Assembly (NCBI GenBank): GCA_964016885.1
Contig: OZ024740.1
Location: 114,204,001-114,268,000 of the forward strand
Length of the DNA stretch: 64,000 nucleotides
From: Eledone cirrhosa
Taxonomy: Eukaryota
Direction of reading: 5' to 3'
Below, one piece after another: positions 1 through 12,498 of this stretch; the stretch's first letter is position 1, and the number at the start of each line of letters is the position of its first letter. Both the position numbers and the translations under genes were made by a program. The notes under the pieces are model-generated. The model was given only the letters and a program-made list of their open reading frames with translations. It did not search any database and was not told the origin of the DNA.

Positions 1-323
1 TTCTAACGGCTTTGCCAATTTGCCGCCTCTATGTATACACTGTACAAAAATATAGAACAAAAACATTTAAGTATTTGTCTGTGTCGATTTCACGTACGGT
101 ATTTTAATGTCAACCGGAAGTTACAAAGAATAAGATAATAAATTTGAGACAGAAAGTAGGGATCACATTAAAGAAGATAGATGAATTGTTGTACTTAACT
201 CAGAAGGTCGGTAGCCATGATAAAAGTGGATAATAAAATGGAACATTTACATGAAAAACATACAAAAATTGCCATCACTTAACCTGGGTTTGAAACGTCA
301 TAGTATACACACACACATTCATA

Positions 324-481
<158 letters not shown>

Positions 482-1066
482 AAAGAATAGAGGTGTAACA
501 CACGAGTTGTGATATATTGGTAAAAGGAAAAGAAAATGCTGACAAATTGTTCTAAGTGAAAAATAGTTTAATTAGGAATAAGTAAAAATTAGTAATAAGT
601 ATTGGCTAGTATTCAGTTTTAGTTTTAAGTTTTTACCGGTTGCGCATTTCTAATGCTTTTCAAAAATAATTTTGAGATAGAGCGCCCGTGATGTTTGCTC
701 TAATGTGATTAGTTTTGGAAATTCTACCTGTTTTATGTGAAAAAGGTGGTTCCAGAGGTATTAAAATAAGTTTCGCGCCAATTCGTGTTGCAAAAATTCT
801 TGTGGTCAAAACAATTTTGATTGGTCGGTAGAGGTCACGTGAATGTTAAAAATTGAATTTGCGCCAAATGTAGGTTTGTCGAAGAGTGTCCTTTTTCGCC
901 TGATTGGGAAGTCACTGAAAAATAAGTCTTTTAAGACAAATATGTGTGTTTGTGTGTGTGTAGTAAAGAGGTTCATTGTTGTGATAATGGTCAGTAGGGA
1001 TGTGTGTGTGAATTGCAGTCATGTTGAACGGTCAACAGTTCAGGTGCCTATTAAGACAAATATGTT

Positions 1067-1111
<45 letters not shown>

Positions 1112-1395
1112 CAGAGTAATTCGTGGTAGAGGGGTCGGTCAGTAGGAATGTGTCTGTACGTGTGTGGGTGATATTTTAACATGTTGAAAGATATATTTCA
1201 GCTCTTGTCTTATACGGAGAAGTGTGTGTGTGTGTATGTGTCTTTGTATGTTAGTGTACGCGTGTGTATGTGTGTGTGTATATATGTGTGTGTGTGTGTA
1301 TGTGTGTACGTGTGTGTGGGGGGAGGGGGGACCAGTATTTTTGAGATACTGGTAAAATGGTGTACATTATTCGATATTTTCAGCAAAAACGATTC

Positions 1396-2548
1396 AACCT
1401 AGTCATGGGATACCTGGAAATCACCCTCTACACTAAAGTACTAAACAAATTTGGAAACACTCTCCACTTACACATAGAAAAGAACTGGAAGCGATATCTA
1501 GATAACTGCTTCATCCTTTGGCACGAAAACATCGAGAATCTTAAAGAATTTCACACCCTTATAAATAGGCTCAACACGAATATTAACTTTACGATGGAAT
1601 ACAGCCATCAACAACTCCCCTTCCTCGTATATCCTCATTAAGATTCGTAACAAAAAAAAATAGAAACAGACATATACTACAATCCCACAGACTCCAAGCA
1701 ATATCTTCCTTTCAACTTTTGCCACCCTAGACACGTTAAAATTAATATTCCCTACAACTTAACCAAGAGAATCTGTACTATAGTCTCCAATAAAAACACC
1801 TGTTACTTACGGCTACAAGAACTAAAGGACACACTCATAGGCTGGGACTACCCTGCATCACTAATTGACAATGGAATCCAACGTGCCCTAAAACTCAGTA
1901 CCCAGGAATTTAGACACCCTAAAGTTAATCAACCGAAACTAAAAGCTCTGACATACATCTCCACACACAACCCCCTCAACAATGAGGCCTTTGACACCAT
2001 CCTCCAGAACATTCCTGGACCATAGAATGAACCAAATCCTTCGAACACACGATATCATAAAGAGCAAAAGACATTCTAAGTCAATGAAAAACATCCTAAC
2101 ACATGCGAAAGTACTGCCAACCACAACAACGAAACCCACAGTAAAGAAATGCGATAGACCCAACTGTGGCATATGCATCAACGTAATAGAGGATTCGGAA
2201 TTCTATTTCAAAGAAGGACAACGTTTTATAGTAAAACACAATTTCACATGCGCATCAGAAAATCTAATATATGTATTAACTTGCTCAGGTTGTCGAGAAC
2301 AATACATAGGCCAGACCAAAAGCAGCCTCCGCCAACGCATGACTGTCCATAGATCCCAAATTAAAATACGGGAATATAGGAAAATACGACTGAGTGAACA
2401 CATTGATACCTGTGCCGCCCAAAATCATCCCAACTTTAGAATCTTTCCCCTCTACAAATTTAAAGATAATGCCAGCCACACCCAGGGCATCAGCGAGGAA
2501 TCTCACTTTCTTAACAAATACGTACCCCGTCTAAACACTTCTCCCTAA
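1396..2548 (+). pseudogene. Frameshifted PLE RT C-terminus plus Cys-rich linker and GIY-YIG endonuclease
   Basis: NLVMGYLE and WKRYLDNCF (degenerate YxDD), INFTMEYS..LPFL, linker CDRPNCGIC, NLIYVLTCSGCREQYIGQT..LRQRMTVH; split over several frames. Confidence 0.9.
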
Positions 2549-3075
2549 GACGAACCCACAACATGCACACGTCAACATACATAAATACATCAGCATACAT
2601 CCTACACACATCTCTATCCACATATAAACACAATGACATACGTAAACACACATGTTCTATGGTGCAACACAAATATACACAAATTTGCATATCTTTTGAT
2701 GTCTATAGATATAAACGTGCCGACACACACACATACATTTATGCACACATGCATTGCACACTGATGGGCACATACATATTTGTACACAAGTATTCCAATA
2801 CGGCAGGGCCTAATGGATTCCACTTGCAGTACGTGCAATCTGGACACTCACACATACCTTGGTGTTATGACAATACTATATATCATTTCACACCTTTTAT
2901 TATTAATGTTTTTGAGAATCGTTTTTGCTGAAAATATCAAATAATGTACACCATTTTTACCAGTATCACAAAAATACTGGTCCAACCACACACACACACA
3001 TACATACACACACATACACACACACACACATATATACACACACACATACACACGCGTACACTAACATACAAAGAG

Positions 3076-3109
<34 letters not shown>

Positions 3110-3221
3110 TTCTCCGTATAAGACAAGAGCTGAAATATATCTTTCAACATGATAAAATTTCCCCCACACACGTACAGACACGTTCCTACTGACCGACCCC
3201 TCCACCACGAATTACTCTGCG

Positions 3222-3254
<33 letters not shown>

Positions 3255-3655
3255 TATATATTTGTCTTAATAGGCACCTGAACTGTTGACCTTTCAACAT
3301 GACTGCAATTCACACACACATCCCTACTGACCATTATCACAACAATGAACCTCTTTACTACACACACACACACACACACATATTTGTCTTACAAGACTTA
3401 TTTTTCAGTGACTTGTCAATCAGGCGAAAAAGGATACTCTTCGAGAAACCTACATTTGGCGCAAAATCAATTTTTAACATTCACGTGACCTCTACCGACC
3501 AATCAACATTGTTTTGACCACAAGAATTTTTGCAACACGAAATGGCGCGAAACTTATTTTAATACCTCTGGAGCCACTCTTTTCACATAAAACAGGTAGA
3601 ATTTCCAAAACTAATCAGATTAGAGCAAACATTACGGGCGCTCTATCTCAAAATT

Positions 3656-3693
3656 ATTTTTGAAAAGCATTAGAAATGCGCAACCGGTAAAAT
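3656..3693 (+). ncRNA. Degenerate minimal type-I hammerhead (U3-A8 core, GAAA changed to GCAA) in the PLE terminal repeat
   Basis: ATTT-TTGAAAA-GCATT aga AATGC-GCAAC CG GTA-AAAT; mirror copy at about 631-667 on the minus strand. Confidence 0.6.
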
Positions 3694-3825
3694 CTTAAAA
3701 CTAAAACTGAATACTAACCAATACCTATTACTAATTTTTACTTATTCCTAATTAAACTATTTTTCAATGGGAACAATTTGTCAGCATTTTCTTTTCCTTT
3801 TACCAATATATATATATATATATAT

Positions 3826-4029
3826 ATAGGAACCAGTAAGACCCCGACGGCTGAGCTCAAGCCGTTTCGACGGATAATTCTGGACTAGCCGTCCAGAATT
3901 AGCCGTCGAAACGGCTTGAGCTCAGCCGTCGGGGTCTTACTGGTTCCTATTACCCACTCTACTACCCCAAGTATTGAGTACTTTCGTGCGTTATGGTTCA
4001 CCTGGTTCCTTACCACATTTCCTTCGTTA
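3826..4029 (+). mobile_element. Short foldback PLE-terminus element (family A) carrying the 3' half of a hammerhead
   Basis: Arms 3826-3885 and 3891-3950; GAAAC GGC ttgagctca GCC GTC GGGGT; flanked by (TA)n. Homologues at 6088-6143, 42968 and 61308. Confidence 0.8.
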
Positions 4030-4089
4030 TATATATATATATATATAGTTAAATAAAAGTCAAATGATTAAAATTTAGCTTCGTTTATT

Positions 4090-4144
4090 ACTGCTATATA
4101 TATTTCAGTGACAGCCATCTTTGGCTGTGACCTCTTCAGGCAGT
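4090..4144 (-). ncRNA. Type-I hammerhead ribozyme, canonical core, predicted AUA cleavage
   Basis: Minus strand: ACTGC-CTGAAGA-GGTCACAGCCA aaga TGGCTGTCACT-GAAA T ATAT ATA-GCAGT. Stems I and II pair; stem III is minimal and palindromic. Confidence 0.8.
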
Positions 4145-4284
4145 TTGAAGTAGTATGGTATAGACAAGTACATATGTTGTTTAGGTGTATGATATTGTCA
4201 ATACTCTGATATGCCCAGTTCCTTGCTGGGTTGTTAATTCACTGGGGAACTGGAGTCAACTCAAAATCTATATATATATATATA

Positions 4285-5178
4285 TACATTATGAAGAGAG
4301 AAGAAACATTTAGATATAATTAGTAATAAAATGTATCATACCTAAACTGCTCCTAAATTCCTCGACTACGTAGTTTCGTGGCATAAACAAAAACAATATA
4401 TCAAAGATATAGAGTCCTTGCGAGGTCTGCCAACTTATCAAGAGGATACCTCATTTTACTAGTCTCAAGAACGCGTCTACACGACGTGAGAAAGAATCCC
4501 AAAAGGCGGAGGGGGAGATAGTCACGCGATATAACGGTCGAGAAACAGAGCTAAGCCTCTTATAACCACGAAGAAAATACCACGGAGGCGGAGGGGGTAT
4601 TCATATCGAGGCCGTAGAAGAGGTAGTGAAGAAGGCGAGAAGTATGAGTAATGGAAGCTTTCCAGTTGTCCCCACACCTCAAAGATTGCTCGACCAGAGG
4701 GAGCTATTAATATATTTAGAAACACACAGATACATGCGGACACACACATATATACATGAATGCATCCGCACCCAACTGTGAGTTAAGGGGGCCAACTTCA
4801 CCGATGTTGCTCAATGAATGACTGGGACAGACCAATTCAGTTTGAACCAGACTGAACCAGTATCAGAGTTAAAAATACATTATGAAGAGAGAAGAAACAT
4901 TTAGATATAATTAGTAATAAAATGTATCATACCTAAACTGCTCCTAAATTCCTCGACTACGTAGTTTCGTGGCATAAACAAAAACAATATATCAAAGATA
5001 TAGAGTCCTTGCGAGGTCTGCCAACTTATCAAGAGGATACCTCATTTTACTAGTCTCAAGAACGCGTCTACACGACGTGAGAAAGAATCCCAAAAGGCGG
5101 AGGGGGAGATAGTCACGCGATATAACGGTCGAGAAACAGAGCTAAGCCTCTTATAACCACGAAGAAAATACCACGGAG
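4285..5178 (-). mobile_element. Non-coding retrozyme-like element (family B): about 303-bp direct repeats, 591-bp period
   Basis: 4285-4587 and 4876-5178 look identical by eye; each contains a hammerhead; no protein-like ORF; left end in (TA)n. Confidence 0.85.
4359..4446 (-). ncRNA. Type-I hammerhead, U3-A8 variant, extended stem II, GUC site (second copy 4950-5037)
   Basis: Minus strand: TCCTC-TTGATAA-GTTGGCA...TGCCAC-GAAAC TACGTA GTC-GAGGA. Confidence 0.75.
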
Positions 5179-5392
5179 CACAGCACTTTCACCTGATCGT
5201 TTTCTAACACATACTCTGGCTTATGCTCATACCACTTCTCAGAATGTGGTAAATTGTCTACTTTGTATAGGTGCCAATGGATCATCCGGCCCATCACATC
5301 ATGTCTCCAGCCTTTATAGTGAGTCTGGGCTAGGTGTTTACACTTGGATACAATGTGAGTCACAGTCTCCCCTCTCACTCCACAAATCCTGC
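5179..5392 (-). pseudogene. R4/Dong-like non-LTR retrotransposon fragment (zinc knuckle/RLE region)
   Basis: ETVTHIVSKCKHLAQTHYKGWRHDVMGRMIHW..KWYEHKPEYVLEND; abuts a (TAA)n tract. Confidence 0.8.
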
Positions 5393-5683
5393 ACTTATTA
5401 TTACCATTATTATAAATTATTATTATTATTATTATTATATATTAATCAAATTTCTTTTCAATTTTTCATGTAGATTCTTCTATGATTCTCCTGAGTCACT
5501 ACTGAGAAAGAATATCGATATTAGCGCCAGATATATAACGCTAAAAAGATACGGATTAGTAGCAACTCAGCTGAAATGTATGTTATGTATATCGTCTTCG
5601 AGTCACGAGAAAAGCCAGAAATATCACGGGAAGACGGCTGGCGCTAACGAAAACATATTTAGAACAATATATATATATATATG

Positions 5684-5905
5684 TTTATTAAAATAACAGA
5701 TTAAAGTTTAAGCAAAAATCGCTGCTTCACCCTTAACGGGATCTTCACGGGAGAAGATCCCGTTAAGGGTGAAAGCAGCGATTCTTTGCTTAAACTTTAA
5801 TCTGATATTTTAATAAATATTTGCTCTACGGTTCTTATATATTTGATATATATTTATCCTTATCGAGCCCTCTTTGGATTTTAGTCTTCAAATTTATTAT
5901 TATTA
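5684..5905 (+). mobile_element. Short foldback PLE-terminus element (family C)
   Basis: Arms 5684-5746 and 5753-5817. The GAAGATCCCGTTAAGGGTGAAAGC motif is shared with the termini of the PLE at 57010-58765. TA flanks. Confidence 0.75.
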
Positions 5906-5906
5906 C

Positions 5907-5942
<36 letters not shown>

Positions 5943-6030
5943 AGTGGTTACACAACAATTAGTTCACTATACCGATAACAATTGTTTCACCTTAGTGGAT
6001 CCTCAGCTGAGGATCCGCTAGGGTGAAACG

Positions 6031-6031
<1 letters not shown>
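5943..6031 (-). mobile_element. Tiny palindromic PLE-terminus remnant centred on a hammerhead core
   Basis: Arms 5984-6006 and 6007-6029. Minus strand: CTGAGGA TCC actaa GGT GAAAC AATT GTT; between (TA)n tracts. Confidence 0.65.
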
Positions 6032-6090
<59 letters not shown>

Positions 6091-6142
6091 CGAAGGAAAT
6101 GTGGTAAGGAACCAGGTGGACCATAACGCACCAAAGTACTCA

Positions 6143-6187
<45 letters not shown>

Positions 6188-6653
6188 TACGTAATGCAAT
6201 CACAAAGTATATAGAACTTATACATGTAAAACAAATCTACGCACATATATGTGGTGGTATTAGCACTAAATAAATTTGTGTCCTGTACTAAAATGTCCTC
6301 CACATTTTTAACTAAATGTAAATATAAAAAAAACGGAAATTCTTATTCGGTTAATAATGCGATTAAATCTTTCAATTTTCGTAAGTGGTTGAGTGAAAAT
6401 AACCGTGAAAATAAGCAAATTAATCTTTTTCAACTGTAGTCGTTTGTAAATTATCTAATTAACGTATTGTTTTAATATTTTAGAGTATACTTTTTTTGTA
6501 TTCACACACCGATACACACGCTTAATACAATAATAACGCAGAGATTAAGTTATTTCGAATAAGTTATACAAACATGAATGTACGCACGCAGACATATACA
6601 TATATATGCGTGTGTGTGTGTGCGTGTGATTGTGCGTGTGTGCGCGTTGTATG

Positions 6654-6699
<46 letters not shown>

Positions 6700-6748
6700 A
6701 TATATATATATATATATACACGTATATATATCCATATGTCTCTCTCTT

Positions 6749-6796
<48 letters not shown>

Positions 6797-7283
6797 GATA
6801 TGGATATATACAAACATGCTTACATACAAAGATCATAGATGCATACATATATAATTACATACATACACACACTCATACATACATAAAATACTTATATACC
6901 TATACGTACATATTATTCCTGTATTTTTTGTCTAATCAGCTAAAGTAGAATCAACTTCCTGTGTGTTGCAATCTGATAACTAAAGGTTCTTCGTTGTTCT
7001 TTCACACATGTCTGATTCTATTTCGTCTCGGTTTCCACTAACATTCCGTAACAAAATCTTTGCATACAAACACAAAATACACTTACACACACGTTCACAA
7101 AAAAATTACACACACATACACAAAGAAATACACACAAACAAGCATACACAATTATATAGTCTGACCAAAAATGTACACCTTCACACACGCAAACATATCC
7201 TCTACATGCACACATACTCATGCATACATATATAACTATTTCCATGTACATCCACAATCGTACACAAATACAACTACATACAC

Positions 7284-7343
<60 letters not shown>

Positions 7344-7454
7344 GTATAGACAAAAATGTACACAAAAGCACACACACATGTACACAATTGTTCATAACCA
7401 TACACACAAACATACACGCATAGACATACACATGCATCCTATCACACATGCACT

Positions 7455-8205
7455 TACCCAAGAAGGGCATATCATTTTCTTAGTATCATACATGTTGTTG
7501 TTTGTCCAACCTTAGGAGTCGAAGCTGACCTCGACTGCAATGTTTTGAAAAGGATATTTGGCTGTAGATCCGAAGGTGACTGATGAGGCCAAAATGCATG
7601 TGCAGAAGCGACACTGAGATATGCGGGCACGTATGGGGCATGTATGGGGAAAATGTGAATAAATGCTGCTGCGGTAGTCGGTGGTACACTTACCATTCAC
7701 AAAGCGGACTTTCTCTGAACCTCAGCGAATCGTCTGGTCTCTACGGCATATGCTCACTCAAAAGTTGTTCATCTTTTTCTTCGCCAGTTTAGACGATTCA
7801 GAGCAAGTCATTTCCAGCTATAGGTATTGAGGAACACTTTTAAATTATCTTTAAAAAATTTGCTTTGCCCACTGACTGAGTATTTGGCCTGACGTAGCTC
7901 TCCATACAGTAGATGTTTCGATTGTCGCCTGGCAGACATCCTGACAACAGTATCAGTCCATCTGAATTGAGACTTTAGAATGTGGATTTTGTGGAAGCAT
8001 GCTCATTTCAGAACCTCCAAGTTTGGAACTTTGTAGGGTCATCGTATGTGGAGCAGTAGGCGGAGACAGCTTAAATGGTTTTGGTTGAGCTGTTTAGCAT
8101 ATATGTTGTAAATATTTTGCAAGCATGAAGAAGAGTGATGAACCCCATTTCTCGGTAGATTTCCAGCTTGATGGTAAGGCTGAATCCTCTCTCCACCCAA
8201 GCATT
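7455..8205 (-). pseudogene. Decayed RTE-clade LINE 3' region
   Basis: Minus frames give the C-terminal TCPHI..FGLISHLRIY motif typical of RTE/BovB-like ORF ends; many frameshifts. Confidence 0.65.
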
Positions 8206-10016
8206 CACATACCCATACAAATTCCTACGTTTGCATAAATATATTGAAACACTAAATTACTTTGCCGGCCCCAAAGAGAGATCTTATGATTATATGTTGG
8301 TGTGTTTTTTGGTGTTCTCTAGATTTGGTAGTGTGGACTTGTAATCGAAGGAATTTTTCCGATCTCTAGCCTGTATATTAAGGGGGAAGTAGAGTAACAT
8401 TATCTATTGTAACCTTTCGTTTTTCAGAGTGTTTATTCAGATTCAGGGTAATTTGGCTGTAGTTACGTGTATTATTTCAATGCTTCAGGAGCCAGTCTCT
8501 GTCCTTAGACAGAAATATAACCTATATTAAATGGTGGTTGTTCAAAAATCTTAATAACTACTTCAATGGATCCATGAGATGCAGGATTTGTGCCAATGTA
8601 TATATTCTAATATTTAATGTATGGTATCTTCTCAGCACTACCTCCGTTCTAACAATGACGTATGTACACCTTGTCCTTATTTTACTATGTCTACTTTTTT
8701 ATGGGGATGCCATTCTACCAGACCACCAGCCATTCCACTCTGATTTATAACAGAGCAATAGCTTCTTTTAGCAAATATATATTTATACTATACACATAAC
8801 TATAAAGTATCTCCCTTTACATTTCTAACTGGTTTGCTCTCTTTTGTGATCCACACCGGTTGTTAAAAGAGTTCATGTTTATATTTGTTGCATTCCAGCA
8901 ATTCCATATGCTATGCTAAAAAGGACAATAACAATTATATTTCTATTATGAAGTATGAATATATCTTTCATTGATGGGCATAGTTATTCCAGAACATCTC
9001 TTCTTCATTAATCAGAATCATCTCTTCCAATAGGTCAATTTCTGCACAAGGCATTTGAATGCCATGTGTCCTAGTTTAACGTAACGTATCGTGTGCCGCT
9101 AACGAAAGTCGAAGGTACATAGAAAGCAGCCTACTGCTTAGTAATTTTACATTCTGTGCATTTTATCCTTCATAGTTTCTATTTGCACATATATCTACCT
9201 GTTGTGTCTGCTGATCAGACAAACTTCATTATGTCATTAGTATCAGAGCTTTTTACTTAAAGGAATAATTTGTACTAATTTTATATAAAATGTATTATAA
9301 CATGCATACGAATAATAAAAAATGTAATTATAATTCATTCAATTAACGTAATCTATTTGAAGCTTTGGTGATTATGCAAAATGAAGAAAACTGAGGCTGA
9401 TAATAAAGGAATTGAATCCTCATTTAGATTTAGCCTATGATCAAATACTCGTGTTGTGTACGTTTATAGGATTGATATTGCAAGGATAAACTGGGTCTAA
9501 ACCACAACAACAATAAATAAGAACAAACCTCTATTACAAAATACTGCATAATTCATTTCTAACCACATCTTCATTGTTATTGGATGTATTTACATTACGC
9601 AGGTGTACAAATCATTGAAACTGAACTACCAATATCGATGTTATATCTAAAACGTACGAAATATCTAAGTATACAATTACAAATGCTTAAAAATATTTCC
9701 GAGATTTATTTAATGGAAACTATCGAAAGTGGAATTTAGAATATTGTACAGAAAGTTGTAGAAACACTATCAGCTGACATTTCTATTATAAACTGCACCT
9801 TAAAACCAATTTATGGTCTTAGGGCGAAAAGTGAGAAATTATAGACTAGTATGCACGAATAGCTCAGAGTTTCTGAAATATATAGGAATACTAGAGAAGG
9901 TTATTTGTAATAAAATATGAATCCATCTCTCTATCAGTCTCACGTTCTTACTCTCCCTCTTTGTACACACAAACACACACACATATATACATGTATATAT
10001 ATGTATATGTATATAA

Positions 10017-10093
<77 letters not shown>

Positions 10094-10124
10094 TATATAT
10101 ATGTATAAACATACAAACACACAA

Positions 10125-10171
<47 letters not shown>

Positions 10172-10544
10172 AATGTATGTATATGTATGTGTATATAAGG
10201 GTGAGGAGCTAGTCTCTGCGTTGTGTTTGCGTGTCCGTATCGATATGTCTGTGTATGCATTTCTGTTTCTGTGTATGTTGTGTTGGTATATGCATATGTA
10301 TAGCAATTGAACAAATGACTACGACGTGGCAAATGGTTTGTATCAACCGTAAGCAAAAGAATTGTTCTGAAATCAAGATAGTAACATTGCCATTGAGATA
10401 CTATTTCTTTATATCACATATAATGTGGACTACAGGGGCCATTATGCACTTCTATTCATGATAATCTATCATTTAGCTGTTCAAGTTCAAATAATTGAGT
10501 AGGCAGTTACTTAATAAGAAATTTTCTGTCTCCTCCCTCTACTT

Positions 10545-10605
<61 letters not shown>

Positions 10606-10634
10606 GTGTGTGTATGTGCGTGTATGTGTGTGTG

Positions 10635-10697
<63 letters not shown>

Positions 10698-10759
10698 GTG
10701 TGTGTGTAGGAGTGTGAACGCGCGTAGCTTTGTAGTTAGAGAGGAGTTGAAATGGCAAT

Positions 10760-11040
10760 CGTGATGTTGTGTGGTCGATTTCTAGATCACGCGATGCGTT
10801 ATGTCTTCGTGCAAGATATTTTATCTCATGTTGCTCCGTTTACTCAGATGTAGAATTAAGTGGCAACGTCGCTGGTGCCAAGCTGTAACGGCCTTTGTCC
10901 TTCCATTGGATACGGTCAGTGGATTGGTGAAGTGAAACCGGTATACATAGGCGACTGCTGGTCTTCCACAAGAGCTCAATGCCCAAGGTTGCTCCTAGGA
11001 GAGGAACATTTTAGGTGCATTTATGACCGATGAGGGAATT
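10760..11040 (+). mobile_element. Degenerate SINE (second family)
   Basis: GCAAGATATTTTATCTCATGTTGCTCC..ACTCAG core resembles fragments at about 38930-39020 (minus) and 54290-54360. Confidence 0.45.
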
Positions 11041-11212
11041 TTTAAAATGTATATATATATACATTACGTATACATGCACACTAAAATTATATATATATAT
11101 GGGGGGAGGGCGTGAGTGTGTATGCGTATGTGTGTATGTGTGTGTGTGTGTTTGTATAATGCGACTGATGAAACGTATACGGTTTTTAAACAAGTTTTAT
11201 CTCGCGTATTAT

Positions 11213-11404
11213 AGGGTGGATTGGCACTATCGGCAGAGGGTCGTTCGCGATGCTTTGCAGCATAGAGTTACAACTCTTTACGGTCTGAGTTCAAATACCC
11301 CCTGAGGTTAATTTTGCCTTTCATCCGTATGGGGTTCGATAAAATAAAGTAGCAGTAATGCACTGGAATAGTTACTGGCCTTGTGCCCAAAGAAGAAACA
11401 ATTA
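11213..11404 (+). mobile_element. tRNA-like SINE (octopus-type)
   Basis: B-box-like GAGTTCAAAT, then TTTGCCTTTCATCC..GGGGTCGATAAAATAAAGTA. Further copies at 1-28, 33905-34374, 36380-36520, 44645-44990, 48320-48500 and 52950-53060. Confidence 0.8.
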
Positions 11405-11486
11405 CATTCCAGCTTACCCTTTTCAGTTGCCTATAGCTTATACTTCTTACCTTGCCAGAAAAAATGTTAAAAAACTACACAACGCA

Positions 11487-11559
<73 letters not shown>

Positions 11560-11910
11560 CACACACAAAAGCATTTAAAAAGCATGGAAAATGAAATGCT
11601 ACGTTAAATAGTATAGATTCTTTTTAACTTATTCCGCACGGATGATTAAAATGTTTGCGCATGGAAGAAGATATCAGATTGTTTGTACTTCTTAATACTG
11701 ATACACCATTTGATGTAAATGTCAGATAAACTGGGTGGAAAATATTCAAACACAGACCCTAAAAACAATGCTTTTAATTTTTGTTTTCTTTTACCAAGCA
11801 AATTGTGTATGGATGAAGTTCCGGTGTATTAGTATCGTTTCAAAGATGTAATTCTATTGTGTTTCATAAATGCTATCCTATTGTGACAAATAATTGAAAA
11901 TAATTATGTT

Positions 11911-11982
<72 letters not shown>

Positions 11983-11985
<3 letters not shown>

Positions 11986-12436
11986 TATTAAGTTGTTAAA
12001 CAATATTCGATGAATATGTCAAAGAATGAGTTTTACAGTAGATTGGAAGCACTCAACGGCCAAATTATTTTCAGGAGTTATTAATAAATAAGTATTAATA
12101 AAATAGATGTTTTTTGATCAATTATATTTTATTATACATATTTCGGATGTACAACAGTACGTCCTCATCAGACGAAATATAATGATACATGACATACTGT
12201 GAGATGTTAAATGGTTAAGATTTAATCAAGGTAGTGATTACCCGATAGACAATTTTACTTATATAATATCTGTGTGAAAGTGCGAAAACGTAATTATTAA
12301 ATCTTAACCATTTAACATCTCAGGGTATGTCATGTATCATTATATTGTGTCTGATGAGGACGTACTGTTGTACATCCGAAATATGTATACTAAAATGTAA
12401 TTGATCAAAAGAACATCTATTTTATTAATGCTTATT
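11983..12436. mobile_element. Foldback PLE-terminus element with a canonical hammerhead core in both arms
   Basis: Arms 12094-12226 and 12296-12429; CTGATGA GGACGTAC tgtt GTACATCC GAAA T ATGT ATA at about 12351-12389; TA flanks. Confidence 0.8.
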
Positions 12437-12456
12437 TATATATATATATATATATA

Positions 12457-12498
<42 letters not shown>

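Larger units (their letters stand above)
512..3810 (+). mobile_element. 5'-truncated Penelope-like element (Neptune-like) with an inverted copy of its 3' terminal region
   Basis: Arms about 512-1395 and 2916-3810 are reverse complements. They enclose an RT-thumb/GIY-YIG remnant, and the element ends in (TA)n. Confidence 0.9.

Noticed and set aside
3826-6031. Clustered palindromes as a CRISPR array or bacterial terminators/REP elements
   Set aside because: No regular repeat-spacer periodicity, no cas genes, eukaryotic context; explained by PLE inversion structures.
8470-9080. Unique-looking stretch that might be coding
   Set aside because: I found no sustained open frame and no recognisable domain.
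12094-12429. Foldback elements as classical MITEs or miRNA precursors
   Set aside because: The arms contain hammerhead cores, and in families A and C they match termini of PLEs with GIY-YIG remnants. Arms are asymmetric with one-sided tails, which fits retro-inversion better.
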